DNA from: an uncultured Bacteroidales bacterium
GTDB taxonomy: Bacteria; Bacteroidota; Bacteroidia; Bacteroidales; UBA3663
Direction of reading: 5' to 3'
Assembly: GCA_902776605.1 (NCBI GenBank)
Contig: CACYQQ010000009.1
Location: 1-47,829, forward strand
Length of the DNA stretch: 47,829 bases
Shown here: one piece after another, positions 1 to 9,800 of the stretch
Position numbering within the stretch: the stretch's first letter is position 1
Layout of the letters: each line of letters opens with the position of its first letter
Translations under genes and position numbers: made by a program
The notes under the pieces: model-generated
Told to the model about the DNA's origin: nothing
The model's input: the letters and a program-made list of their open reading frames with translations, nothing else
Database searches by the model: none

Positions 1-533
1 TCGGCATCGGTCAAGAAGATGTCGATGCCGAAACGTGGTTGCTTCATGCCCACCTGTCGGGCAATCTCCAACAAGACACCGACGCCCGAGGCACCGTCGT
101 TGGCGGCAGGGACAGGTTGGTTGCGCTTGGAGGGATCGGGGTCCTCGTCGGCCACATGGCGGCTGTCCCAATGGGAGATGAGCAAGATGCGGTTCTGCAA
201 TTCGGTGTGGAACGAGCCGACTAGGTTGATGCAGGGGAGCGTGGTGCCGTCGTAGGCGGTGACGGAGGAACGCATCACGCTGACCGAAGCGCCGTAACGG
301 GTGAGTTCCGACTGCAACCATTGAGCACATTGCTCCTGCGCCTTCGACCCCGGGACGCGCGGACCGAATGCCAGTTGCTGTTCGATGGCGCGGTAGGCAG
401 AGTCTCCAACGAATTGAGGGACAATGCGTTGCGCTGCGGCTTGCTGGTCGGAAGAGGGTTGCGACGAATCGCCCGTTGAACTGCACTTGAGCAGCAACAG
501 GACGGAGAGAAGTATAGACAGAACGTGATTCAT
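1..533 (-). CDS. M28-family zinc peptidase / bacterial glutaminyl-cyclase-like lipoprotein, N-terminal 177 codons (gene continues past the left edge)
   Basis: Own reverse-strand translation from ATG 533-531: MNHVLSILLSVLLLLKCSSTGD (lipobox-like LLKC) ... NRILLISHWDSRHVADEDPD ... PAANDGASGVGVLLEIARQ. HWDS and DGASG match the metal-ligand blocks of the M28 aminopeptidase/glutaminyl cyclase fold. Open to position 1, so absent from the ORF track. Confidence 0.8.
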   Translation of the reverse strand, partial: MNHVLSILLSVLLLLKCSSTGDSSQPSSDQQAAAQRIVPQFVGDSAYRAIEQQLAFGPRVPGSKAQEQCAQWLQSELTRYGASVSVMRSSVTAYDGTTLPCINLVGSFHTELQNRILLISHWDSRHVADEDPDPSKRNQPVPAANDGASGVGVLLEIARQVGMKQPRFGIDIFLTDA

Positions 534-596
534 CTTTATTCGCAAAGGCTTAGACAGCCGATGTGTCTTAGCTGTCAACATGATTTGTTGCGGATG

Positions 597-604
597 CAAA
601 GGTA
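597..604 (-). promoter_or_regulatory. Bacteroidota -7 promoter box (TACCTTTG on minus strand) for the M28 peptidase gene
   Basis: Plus strand reads CAAAGGTA, which is TAnnTTTG on the minus strand, about 65 nt upstream of ATG 533. Confidence 0.4.
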
Positions 605-708
605 GTGAAAAATACCCACTTTTGAGCAAATAACTTGATTTTTTTATGTTAAGGAACATATTTTTTCACTTTTTTTGCAATAGATGGACATATATTGAGT
701 TTTTTTAT

Positions 709-716
709 TAATTTTG
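709..716 (+). promoter_or_regulatory. Bacteroidota -7 promoter box (TAATTTTG) for the rseC-like/rnf operon
   Basis: TAnnTTTG match 38 nt upstream of ATG 754, in an A+T-rich spacer. Confidence 0.45.
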
Positions 717-753
717 CGCCGTCAAAACAGAAAGAGCCTCAGGTTTTATAATA

Positions 754-1164
754 ATGATTAACCATATTACCCACAAAGGGGTAGTAAGTCATATTGATGG
801 TCGCAAGGTTACTGTGCTTTTCGTACAGCAATCTGCTTGTGCTGCTTGCAGCGCGAGGATGCTCTGCACCAGTGGCGAGTCGAAGCAGCGGTCCATTGTC
901 GCTGACAGTTATGGTCAGCATTTTGAGGTGGGCGAGGAGGTCACTGTCGAGGTGACCAGTCAGTTGGCATGGACAGCGATGTTCTTTGCTTTCGGGTTGC
1001 CCGCTTTAGTAGCTCTCATCGTGGTCTTCCCTGCCATCGGCTGGCTGGGCGAGATTTGGGCTCCCGTCGCAGCATTGGGGGCTTTAGTTTTGTATTATAC
1101 CATTCTCTATGGGTTTAGGAAGAAGTTGGACAGGCGCGTAGTGTTCCTGTTGCACAAAGTTTAA
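754..1164 (+). CDS. RseC/MucC-family (SoxR-reducing system) small membrane protein
   Basis: 136 aa. N-terminal soluble part has the Cys cluster QQSACAACSARMLC. Two C-terminal hydrophobic helices follow (AMFFAFGLPALVALIVVF, APVAALGALVLYYTILYGF). Sits directly upstream of rnfB, as is typical for RseC-like genes. Confidence 0.7.
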   Translation: MINHITHKGVVSHIDGRKVTVLFVQQSACAACSARMLCTSGESKQRSIVADSYGQHFEVGEEVTVEVTSQLAWTAMFFAFGLPALVALIVVFPAIGWLGEIWAPVAALGALVLYYTILYGFRKKLDRRVVFLLHKV

Positions 1165-1190
1165 GTTTATTTCAAATTACAATATTTAGT

Positions 1191-2177
1191 ATGACTAATG
1201 AAATTCTGATTGCTCTCGGCGCACTCGGCGCATTGGGTCTGCTGGCCTCATTGCTGCTTTGTCTGGTGGCCAAGAAATTCAATGTTTTCGAAGACCCACG
1301 TGTGGGTCAAGTGGAGGAAGTGTTGCCTGGAGCCAATTGTGGCGGCTGCGGTTTCCCTGGTTGTCATGGTATGGCAGATGCCTGTGTCAAGGCTAAAGAT
1401 GCTGCCAACTCGTTGGAAGGTTTGCTTTGCCCTGTCGGCGGAAACGAAGTGATGGGCAAGGTGGCAGGCATCCTCGGTTTGGAGGCAGGTGCCGCCGAGC
1501 CAAAGGTGGCTGTCGTTCGTTGTAACGGCAACATCTGTGCTCGTCCGAAAGTGGCTGTGTTTGACGGTGCTAAATCGTGTGCCGTGGCAGCTGCAACCTT
1601 TGCTGGCGAGACCGGTTGCGCCTTCGGTTGCCTCGGTTTGGGCGACTGCGTCAAGGCTTGCCAGTTTGATGCCATCCGCATCAACCCCGAGACGGGTCTG
1701 CCAGAGGTCGATGAGGAGAAGTGTGTTGCCTGTGGTGCTTGCGCCAAGGCTTGTCCGAAGTTCGTCATCGAGTTGCGCAAGAAGAGTGCCATGAAGAGCC
1801 CAATGCCTAAGCGCGTTTGGGTGGATTGTATCAACAAGGACAAGGGTGCTGCTGCCCGCAAGGCTTGTCAGAATGCCTGTATCGGTTGCGGTAAGTGCCA
1901 GAAAGTCTGCAAGTTCGAGGCTATCACCGTCGAGAATAACGTGGCCTTCATTGATAACGAGAAGTGCAAGGCTTGCGGTATGTGCGTAAGCGAGTGCCCA
2001 ACAGGTGCTATCCATGCTACCGAGCCTGTGATGATCGTCGTCGAGAAACTCAAAGCCAAGAAGGAGGCTGAGAAGAAAGCTGCTGCTGAGGCCGCTGCTG
2101 CTGCCAAGGCTGCTGCCGAAGCCGCTCCAAAGGCAGAGGCTGCTCCACAAACGGAAGCACCTAAGGCTGGTGAATGA
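1191..2177 (+). CDS. rnfB: Rnf electron-transport complex subunit B (Fe-S protein)
   Basis: N-terminal TM helix, CGGCGFPGC motif, and several ferredoxin-type CxxCxxCxxxCP motifs (CVACGACAKACP, CIGCGKCQKVC, CKACGMCVSECP). First gene of the rnfBCDGEA order. Has an Ala/Glu/Lys-rich C-terminal tail. Confidence 0.93.
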   Translation: MTNEILIALGALGALGLLASLLLCLVAKKFNVFEDPRVGQVEEVLPGANCGGCGFPGCHGMADACVKAKDAANSLEGLLCPVGGNEVMGKVAGILGLEAGAAEPKVAVVRCNGNICARPKVAVFDGAKSCAVAAATFAGETGCAFGCLGLGDCVKACQFDAIRINPETGLPEVDEEKCVACGACAKACPKFVIELRKKSAMKSPMPKRVWVDCINKDKGAAARKACQNACIGCGKCQKVCKFEAITVENNVAFIDNEKCKACGMCVSECPTGAIHATEPVMIVVEKLKAKKEAEKKAAAEAAAAAKAAAEAAPKAEAAPQTEAPKAGE

Positions 2178-2208
2178 TTGTCAAATTGTTAATAGTCAAA
2201 TTGAATAT

Positions 2209-3597
2209 ATGAAGACTTTTAAATTAGGCGGTGTTCATCCCGCTGCAAATAAACTCTCCGCAGGAGCTCCTATACAGGTGGCCGCCGTCCCTGACATGGT
2301 GGCTATTCCTATGGCGCAGAACCTCGGCGCTCCATCGAAGGCCATTGTCGCTAAGGGTGACAAGGTCAAGGTCGGTACCGTCATTGGTGAACCAGGCGGA
2401 TTCCTTTCTTCTTTTGTACACTCGTCTGTTTCGGGCACCGTTGATAAGGTAGATGTCGTCGAGGATGCTACCGGCAAGAAAGTGCCTGCCGTATTCATTA
2501 AGGTAGAAGGCGACGAGTGGGAAGAGACTATCGACCGCTCTAAAGATATTGTCCGCGACATCAAGTTGGACAAACAGCAGATTATTGATAAGGTGAAGGA
2601 GATGGGCATCGTCGGTATGGGTGGTGCTACCTTCCCAACTCAGGTCAAGTTGACCCCTCCTCCAACAGCCAAGCCTGAGTGCGTCATCATCAACGCCGTA
2701 GAGTGTGAGCCATATCTCACCTCCGACCACTCGTTGATGTTGGCTCATGCCGAGGAGATCTGCATCGGTGTGCAGATTCTGGAAAAGGCGATGGGCGTGA
2801 AGAAGGCATACATCGGCATCGAGGCCAACAAGCCAGATGCTATCGAATTGATGCGTAAGACCGCTGCCAACGGTTTCCCAGAGATTGAGATTGTACCTCT
2901 CCAGCTCAAGTACCCACAGGGTGGTGAGAAGCAGCTCATCAACGCCGTCATCGGCAAGGAGGTTCCTTCGGGCGGTCTGCCAATCGCCACAGGTGCCCTT
3001 GTGCAGAACGTCGGTACCGCCTTCGCTGTCTATGAGGCCGTACAGAAGAACAAACCACTCATCGAGCGTATTGTCACCGTGACCGGCAAGAGCGTTGCCA
3101 AGCCAGGTAACTTCCTGACCCGTATCGGTGTACCGGTTGCTAACCTCATTGAGGCTGTCGGCGGTGTGCCAGAGGATACCGGCAAGATCATTTCCGGTGG
3201 TCCAATGATGGGTAAGGCCATGCCCGATACCAACAGCTATGTCGTGAAGGGTTGTTCGGGCATTCTCATCATGAAGAATGCCGAGGCACGTCGCAAGGAG
3301 GCAGGACCATGTATCCGTTGCGGCAAGTGCGTACATGCTTGTCCTATGGGCTTGCAGCCAAACTTCCTGGCACGTTACAGCGAACTCAACCTGCTTGACG
3401 AGGCCGAGGAGGAGCGCATCTACGATTGTATCGAGTGCGGTTCCTGCCAGTTCTCTTGTCCAGCCAACCGTCCTTTGCTCGATTGGATCCGTCAGGGCAA
3501 ACCAAAGGTGATGGGCATCCTGCGTCAGCGTGCAGCCGAGGCCAAGGCTAAGGCCGATGCCGAGAAGGCTGCCAAAGAAGCCGCTGCGGCTAAGTAA
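2209..3597 (+). CDS. rnfC: Rnf electron-transport complex subunit C
   Basis: MKTFKLGGVHP N-terminus, GMGGATFPT NADH/FMN-binding block, and two 4Fe-4S motifs (CIRCGKCVHACP, CIECGSCQFSCP). I prefer ATG 2209 to the ORF-track start 2170, which overlaps the rnfB stop and adds a non-conserved 13 aa. Confidence 0.92.
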   Translation: MKTFKLGGVHPAANKLSAGAPIQVAAVPDMVAIPMAQNLGAPSKAIVAKGDKVKVGTVIGEPGGFLSSFVHSSVSGTVDKVDVVEDATGKKVPAVFIKVEGDEWEETIDRSKDIVRDIKLDKQQIIDKVKEMGIVGMGGATFPTQVKLTPPPTAKPECVIINAVECEPYLTSDHSLMLAHAEEICIGVQILEKAMGVKKAYIGIEANKPDAIELMRKTAANGFPEIEIVPLQLKYPQGGEKQLINAVIGKEVPSGGLPIATGALVQNVGTAFAVYEAVQKNKPLIERIVTVTGKSVAKPGNFLTRIGVPVANLIEAVGGVPEDTGKIISGGPMMGKAMPDTNSYVVKGCSGILIMKNAEARRKEAGPCIRCGKCVHACPMGLQPNFLARYSELNLLDEAEEERIYDCIECGSCQFSCPANRPLLDWIRQGKPKVMGILRQRAAEAKAKADAEKAAKEAAAAK

Positions 3598-3639
3598 TTT
3601 GTAATTCGTAATTTGTAATTTATTTATACAAAGAATATT

Positions 3640-4590
3640 ATGTTAAACGTATCTTTGTCGCCTCATGTGCACAGTGGCAACAGCACACAGAAGTGTATGC
3701 TTCAGGTGCTTATTGCCCTCTGTCCAGCACTGCTCTGGTCCTTCTACCAGTTCGGCTCGGGTGCAATCATCCTGACCTTGGCCTCGGTGGCATTCTGCCT
3801 CTTGTTTGAGTTCCTGATTACAAGGTTCCTGCTCCATACGCCTTCTACCCTCGGCGATCTTTCTGCCGTGGTGACAGGTGTGCTGTTGGCCTTCAACGTT
3901 CCATCCAACTTGCCTGTATGGGTCATTGCCATCGGTGCTTTGGTCGCTATCGGCGTAGGTAAGATGGTTTATGGTGGATTGGGTGCCAACATCTTCAATC
4001 CTGCTTTGGTAGGTCGTGTGTTCCTCCTCGTGGCCTATCCTGTACAGATGACCACTTGGCCATCGCAAGCAGGTTATGCAGATGTCGAGACGGGTGCCAC
4101 ACCACTCTCTATCATCAAGCGCATCGTCAATGGCGAGAGCACATTGGCAGCTCCCGACTTCATGGATAGCTTGCTCGGTGTAACGGGCGGTTCTTTGGGT
4201 GAGGTTTCGGCCCTGGCATTGCTCTTGGGCGGCATCTATCTCCTTGTCCGCAAGACCATTACCTGGCATATTCCAGTCAGCGTGCTGCTCAGTGCCTTCG
4301 TCTTCGGCTTCCTCTTCTACGGTTGCAACATGACCTTGGCTCTTGACCAGTTGGTATGTGGCGGTATGATGTTGGGTGCCATCTACATGGCTACCGACTA
4401 TGTCTCTTCGCCAATGAACAGTCGTGGTCAGTTGCTCTATGGTTGCTGCATCGGTTTCCTGACTATCGTCATCCGTCGTTATGGCGCTTATCCTGAGGGT
4501 ATGTCATTTGCCATTCTCATCATGAATGCATTCACTCCTCTCATTAATAAATATATCAAACCACAGCGTTTCGGCGTTGTAAAAAAGTAA
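3640..4590 (+). CDS. rnfD: Rnf electron-transport complex subunit D (polytopic membrane, FMN-attachment family)
   Basis: 316 aa and highly hydrophobic. NqrB/RnfD-type blocks are GANIFNPALVGRVFLL and YMATDYVSSP. Position in operon fits. Confidence 0.92.
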   Translation: MLNVSLSPHVHSGNSTQKCMLQVLIALCPALLWSFYQFGSGAIILTLASVAFCLLFEFLITRFLLHTPSTLGDLSAVVTGVLLAFNVPSNLPVWVIAIGALVAIGVGKMVYGGLGANIFNPALVGRVFLLVAYPVQMTTWPSQAGYADVETGATPLSIIKRIVNGESTLAAPDFMDSLLGVTGGSLGEVSALALLLGGIYLLVRKTITWHIPVSVLLSAFVFGFLFYGCNMTLALDQLVCGGMMLGAIYMATDYVSSPMNSRGQLLYGCCIGFLTIVIRRYGAYPEGMSFAILIMNAFTPLINKYIKPQRFGVVKK

Positions 4591-4596
4591 TCACCT

Positions 4597-5292
4597 ATGG
4601 CTAAGTTAGAAAATTCTACAAAAAATATGGTCCTGTCTTTGACAGCGATTACGCTTGTTGTGGGTGCATTGCTCGGCTTGGTCAATGCCGTTACCAAAGA
4701 GCCTATTGAACAGGCGAAAGCCAACAAGCAGTCAGCGGCCATCTCGGCTGTTGTTCCTGGAGAGGGTAACGAAATCAGCAAGGGAGAGATTGTTACTTCT
4801 TCCAACGGTGAAGAGGCAGTCGTCTTCTCGGTCACCAACAATGGTCAGTTGATTGGTAAGGCCATCCGCGCCGTGAGCAAGAATGGCTTTGGTGGTAAGA
4901 TTACCGTCATGTTCGGTTTCGATGCTGAGGGTAACATCCTGGGTTACAGCGTCCTGGATTGCAGCAACGAGACCCCAGGCCTTGGCGCCAAGATGCCTGA
5001 CTGGTTCCAGAAGGGCCAGAAGGGTGACGTCATCGGCAAGAACCCCGGTAAGAACAATATGCACGTCAGCAAGGATGGTGGCGAAGTGGATGCCATCACC
5101 GCAGCGACCATTTCATCGCGTGCCTTCCTCGACGCTTTGGCACAGGCCTATGGCGTATTCAGTGGAAGTGAGGTAGTAACAACCTCTGCCTCGCAGCAGG
5201 CTGTTGCAGAGGAGGTTGCAGCTCCTTGTGAAGAGGCTTGCGACGGCTGTCCTAAGGCCGAAAAGGAGGAGAGTTGTCACAACGAAAACTAA
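4597..5292 (+). CDS. rnfG: Rnf electron-transport complex subunit G (FMN-binding domain)
   Basis: Single N-terminal TM, ETPGLG block, and DAITAATISSRA flavinylation-type motif. Carries an unusual Cys-rich acidic C-terminal tail (CEEACDGCPKAEKEESC). Confidence 0.9.
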   Translation: MAKLENSTKNMVLSLTAITLVVGALLGLVNAVTKEPIEQAKANKQSAAISAVVPGEGNEISKGEIVTSSNGEEAVVFSVTNNGQLIGKAIRAVSKNGFGGKITVMFGFDAEGNILGYSVLDCSNETPGLGAKMPDWFQKGQKGDVIGKNPGKNNMHVSKDGGEVDAITAATISSRAFLDALAQAYGVFSGSEVVTTSASQQAVAEEVAAPCEEACDGCPKAEKEESCHNEN

Positions 5293-5316
5293 TCATAAAT
5301 GTAAGGAGATTTTATT

Positions 5317-5904
5317 ATGTCAAAACTTGGTATTATTATCAACGGTCTGATTAAGGAGAACCCTACATTTGTGTTGCTCCTTGGTATGTGCCCAACGTTG
5401 GGTACCACCTCTTCTGCCATCAACGGCATGAGCATGGGTTTGGCCACCATGGCGGTGCTCATCTGCTCTAACTTTGTTATTTCTTGTCTCAAGAACCTCA
5501 TCCCTGACAAGGTGCATATTCCTTGCTACATTGTAGTCATTGCAGGTTTCGTGACTGTCGTGCAGTTGTTGCTCAAGGCATACGCTCCTGCCGTTGACGA
5601 GAAGTTGGGTCTGTTCATTCCGCTCATCGTTGTGAACTGTATCGTGCTGGGTCGAGCAGAGTCTTTTGCTGCTAAGAACAGTCCAGTCGATTCGGCTTGT
5701 GATGGTATCGGTATCGGTCTTGGCTTCACCTGTGCATTGACTTTGATTGGTCTTTGCCGTGAGTTGCTGGGTGCAGGCACTGTTTTCGGTGCTTCTATCT
5801 ACCCCGAGCAGTTTGGTGCTTTGACCTTCGTCCTCGCCCCAGGTGCATTCATCACCCTCGGTTTCTTGGTTGCCATCTTCAACAAGTTAACTGCCAAAAA
5901 GTAA
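5317..5904 (+). CDS. rnfE: Rnf electron-transport complex subunit E
   Basis: 195 aa hydrophobic protein. NPTFVLLLGMCPTLGTTSSA and PLIVVNCIVLGRAE are RnfE/NqrD blocks. Confidence 0.92.
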   Translation: MSKLGIIINGLIKENPTFVLLLGMCPTLGTTSSAINGMSMGLATMAVLICSNFVISCLKNLIPDKVHIPCYIVVIAGFVTVVQLLLKAYAPAVDEKLGLFIPLIVVNCIVLGRAESFAAKNSPVDSACDGIGIGLGFTCALTLIGLCRELLGAGTVFGASIYPEQFGALTFVLAPGAFITLGFLVAIFNKLTAKK

Positions 5905-5906
5905 GA

Positions 5907-6064
5907 ATGAGGTTATGAGGTTGTAAGGTCGCTTCGCTTGTAAGGTCGCTTCGCTTGTAAGGTCGTTGCACTTGTAAGGTCGTTGCACTTGTAAGGTTAT
6001 TTTGCGAAACTTCCCTCAAAACCTTAAAACCTTAAAACCTCAAAACCTCAAAACCTAATAACCT
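5907..6064. repeat. Paired tandem-repeat arrays in the rnfE-rnfA spacer (8-mer x2, 17-mer x5, 8-mer x6)
   Basis: ATGAGGTT x2 (5907-5922). TTGTAAGGTCGCTTCGC x2, TTGTAAGGTCGTTGCAC x2 and one diverged copy (5921-6005). CAAAACCT/TAAAACCT/AATAACCT x6 (6017-6064). The left array contains TAAGGTT and the right array its complement AACCTTA. Confidence 0.9.
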
Positions 6065-6078
6065 AAAATAAGAAAGTT

Positions 6079-6678
6079 ATGAGTTACATTATAATGATTA
6101 TCACTGCGATATTTGTCAACAATATCGTATTGGCACAGTTCTTGGGTATCTGTCCATTCTTGGGAGTTTCTAAGAAGGTCGGTACCGCTGGTTGGATGGG
6201 CTTGGCAGTTCTCTTTGTCATGTTGATTGCTACCTTGGTGACCTATCCTATCTACTACGGACTTTTGGCACCTTATGGATTAGGCTACATGCAGACCATC
6301 ATCTACATCCTGGTCATTGCTGCTTTGGTTCAGATGGTCGAGATCATTCTCAAGAAGACCATGCCAGCGCTCTATAGCGCCCTCGGCGTGTTCCTTCCAT
6401 TGATTACCACCAACTGTACGATCCTTGGTGTTGCCATCAACGTCATCAACTTCGAGTACAACTTGGCTGAATCCATTGTCTATGCCATCGCTACAGCCCT
6501 TGGTTTTACCTTGGCCATGATCCTGTTTGCCGGTATCCGCGAGCAGTTGGCTATCACCGACAAACCAAAAGCCATGGAGGGTACACCAATCGCCCTCATT
6601 ACCGCTGGCCTCTTGGCCATGGCATTCATGGGCTTCTCGGGTGTTGATAAGGGTTTGAGTGCAGCTTTAGGACTCTAA
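6079..6678 (+). CDS. rnfA: Rnf electron-transport complex subunit A
   Basis: 199 aa hydrophobic protein. NNIVLAQFLGICPFLGVS and LPLITTNCTILGVA are RnfA/NqrE blocks. Last gene of the operon. Confidence 0.92.
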   Translation: MSYIIMIITAIFVNNIVLAQFLGICPFLGVSKKVGTAGWMGLAVLFVMLIATLVTYPIYYGLLAPYGLGYMQTIIYILVIAALVQMVEIILKKTMPALYSALGVFLPLITTNCTILGVAINVINFEYNLAESIVYAIATALGFTLAMILFAGIREQLAITDKPKAMEGTPIALITAGLLAMAFMGFSGVDKGLSAALGL

Positions 6679-6698
6679 TCCAACAATATAAAGTATTT

Positions 6699-6749
6699 GC
6701 CGCTAAGTAATGTCCCAAGATTCCTTGGGGTTACTTGGCGGCTTATTTT
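6699..6749 (+). terminator. Intrinsic terminator of the rnf operon
   Basis: Long hairpin GCCGCTAAGTAA-TGTCCCAAG-attc-CTTGGGG-TTACTTGGCGGC followed by TTATTTT, 20 nt after the rnfA stop. Confidence 0.7.
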
Positions 6750-6856
6750 GTGCCCTTTTAATCACTAATTGAGGTAAGAAACCCTTGTTTTGGAGTTATG
6801 TAACGAAATTGTAGGTATTTGTTACAATTCTATTTTTATAAGTAGTGCAAAAATAG

Positions 6857-6864
6857 TAACTTTG
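6857..6864 (+). promoter_or_regulatory. -7 promoter box (TAACTTTG) for the GH10 gene
   Basis: TAnnTTTG match 22 nt upstream of ATG 6886. It lies inside the ORF-track extension 6790..6885, which argues that extension is not translated. Confidence 0.5.
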
Positions 6865-6885
6865 CGAAAATTTTTAAGGATTGTT

Positions 6886-9800
6886 ATGAATTATACTAAC
6901 CGTATCTGTATGCTTATCCTTGCAGGAACACTGGCTCATGAAGCAGAGGCCAAGAAAGTGGTTCTGGAGGATTTTGAAAACTATCAATTGGGACAAGAAC
7001 TTTCCATGGTGAACCGTTGGGGGCAGAATCATAGCTCCCGTTGCGTGGTGGAGAAGGACCCCTCCAATGCCAACAACAAAGTGCTCCACATCTATCTCAA
7101 CGACTGGAATACCTATTTCCCAATCACCTTGCCCGACGAGTTTGCCGGGGAGGCGTGGAAAGCTTCACAGGACTATATTACTTTCGACTTGCGACGTTCG
7201 GCCAGTGACGAGAACGACTGGAAGAAGTTCATCATCTGCCAAGGGGAGAATACCTTGTGGGAGGATGACAGCTATCCCCATCAAGGCGACAAGAACGTTT
7301 GGCAGTCACGCACTTACGCATTGAACAAAGAGGTGCCGACCAAGGGCACCCAATGGGCGTTGGGACTGCACTCCGATAAGTCCGATTACTACTTGGACAA
7401 TATCGTGTTCCGTGGAGAGTACGACAACTATCTCTATATTGCCAACGACACCACCATCGACTTCAGCGGACAGAATTCTGCCGATGCCTATAAGACATTC
7501 AATACGCCACTCAATATCCCTGAGGGTAAGAGTGTTACCCTTCTCACGGCTCGATATGCCTATTTCAATTCGCCCGTGATGGGCGAGGGTACCCTCAATA
7601 TCTATGGCGGCGGCGAACGTGCTTTCTTGGGAACGTCTGACAAGTCTTATCCCGATTGGAAGGCCTACAGCGGCGACGTACATGTCTATCCTTACAAGAA
7701 ACTTTCGTCGGGCAACGGCTTCTACGGCTTGGTGTTGATGCACAAGGGCAAGACGATGACGCCCGAGAATGCACAGGCCGATGCCGACGATGGTAAGATG
7801 AATAACTGCTTGACTCACTCCACGTTAGTGTTGCACGAGGGAGCCACCTTGGCCATCGAGGGTAGTGACAAGAACCGTGGTGCCCGCATCGGCCGACTCC
7901 AGATGGAGCAGGGTAGTACACTGATGGGTTACTACAAGAACAAGGCTTCGGCCAACAGCTATTACCTGATAGGTGGAACCAACGACGATGCTGTCTTGGC
8001 TGGACGCATTGCACCGGCTTCGGACAACAAGCAGATGCTGCTCGGCCTCATCAAGGAAGGAGCTGGTACCTACCGCATTACGGGCAATACCAACCTCATC
8101 ACCGGTGGCGTTCGCGTCGTGCGTGGCAGGGTGTTGTTCAATAACGATGCCGGTGCAGCCAAAGCCAGCAAACTGTCAGGTAGTTTGGGTACACCCGCAT
8201 CGGCTTCGACCGCTTCGCTCGTTGTGCTCCAACAGGCCATCGCTGGTGGCACGGGTCATATCTCGGCCAGCGCCAATATCTATGGCATCCTCCAGCCGGG
8301 CGACGATGGCATCGGTCATCTTGCGGTGGCTGACTATGTTTCGGGTCAGAACCTGACGCTCATTGTCCGACCTTCCACACGCATCGAGTGCCAGATTGCC
8401 TCGGCCGACAATTACGACCAAGTCGAAGTGCAAGGAGCAGTCTCCTATTATAATATCATGCAGGACTACGAAGAGTCCGATATGATGCCGCGCCTCCGCA
8501 TCCAGTTGACCAACGATGCCCAACTCCGTGTGGGTGATACCTTTACACTCTTCTCGGCCAAGAGCAAGACCTCGTATAAGGAGGTGCCTTGGCAGTTCGA
8601 TGTCCGTTTCCCGAAGGCCTATACCTGGGAGGTGGAACAACAGGAGACCGCCGACGGCTTCCAAGTCGTAGCACGTGTCACGTCGTTGGAGTACAGCGGT
8701 CAAGGCGAAAAGGAGGATAGCGATATCTTGCCAGGCGACACAACAACCGACGATGGCACTTTCGACCTTGCTGCCGAGCAGAAGGAGAATACCACATTAC
8801 GTTCCTTCGCCGACCATTTGGGCAAGTTTGTAGGTACCTGTGTGCCTACCTGGAGAATCAACGTCGATAATGATAATGACGTCCGTACCAGCCTCATTGC
8901 CAATCAGTTCAATGCCGTGGTGTGCGAGAACGAAATGAAGTTCGATGCCACCGAACCCAGTCGTGGAGAGTTCTCCTACGGCTCGGGCGACCAACTCATC
9001 CACTTGGCGCAGCGCCACCATCTGTATGTGCGTGGTCACGCTTTGGCTTGGCATTCACAAGTGCCGACTTGGTTGACCTCCGACGGCACGAAGAACAGCA
9101 ACAACCTGTCGCGCCAGGAACTCCTTGCCATCCTCAAGAACCACATTTTCAACGTCGTAGGTCACTGGAAGGGCAAGATCCAGGAGTGGGACGTCGCCAA
9201 CGAAGTGCTCGATGACAACCAGACCAGCATCAACTCCAATCCGAAGGCCTACGACCTCCGTCCCTCCGTTTGGGCAACCGGCATTGGCGAGGATTTCCTC
9301 GATTCGGCATTCGTTTGGGCGCATCAAGCCGACCCCGATGCCAAGTTGATTCTCAACGACTATGGCGTTGAAGGCAAGGGTTGGGGCAAGACCGAGGCAC
9401 TCTACAACTTGGCCTCTCGTCTGCGCAAAAGCGGCATCCCGATTGACGGCGTGGGTCTCCAATGTCACATGGATGCCGGTTTGAACTACATCAGTAGCAT
9501 CGAACAGAACATTGCCCGTTACCAGAAGGCCAACTTCCTGTGCCGCATCACCGAGTTGGATTTGGGTATCGACAACAACACCGCCGCTGCCCTCCAGCAA
9601 CAGGGAGAGGACTTCTACCGACTGGCACGCATCGCCATGAAATATGACAACTGCGGCATGCTCATGATTTGGGGCTTGACCGACGACCTCACTTGGCGCT
9701 CAGGCCGCCGTCCTTTACTCTACGATGCCAACAATCAACCCAAACCAGCCTATTACGGAGTGCATGCTGCTCTCCGTCAGGCCGATGGTCAGGAACTGAC

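Noticed and set aside
2170-2208. N-terminal extensions offered by the ORF track: 2170 for rnfC, 6790 for the GH10 gene, 33308 for the kinase, 27165 for the thioesterase, 43846 for ilvD, 15655 for the orphan gene, 23907 and 20738
   Set aside because: The extensions start at non-ATG codons or overlap the upstream gene or a -7 promoter box, and they precede a canonical N-terminus or signal peptide. The internal ATG is the better start in each case.
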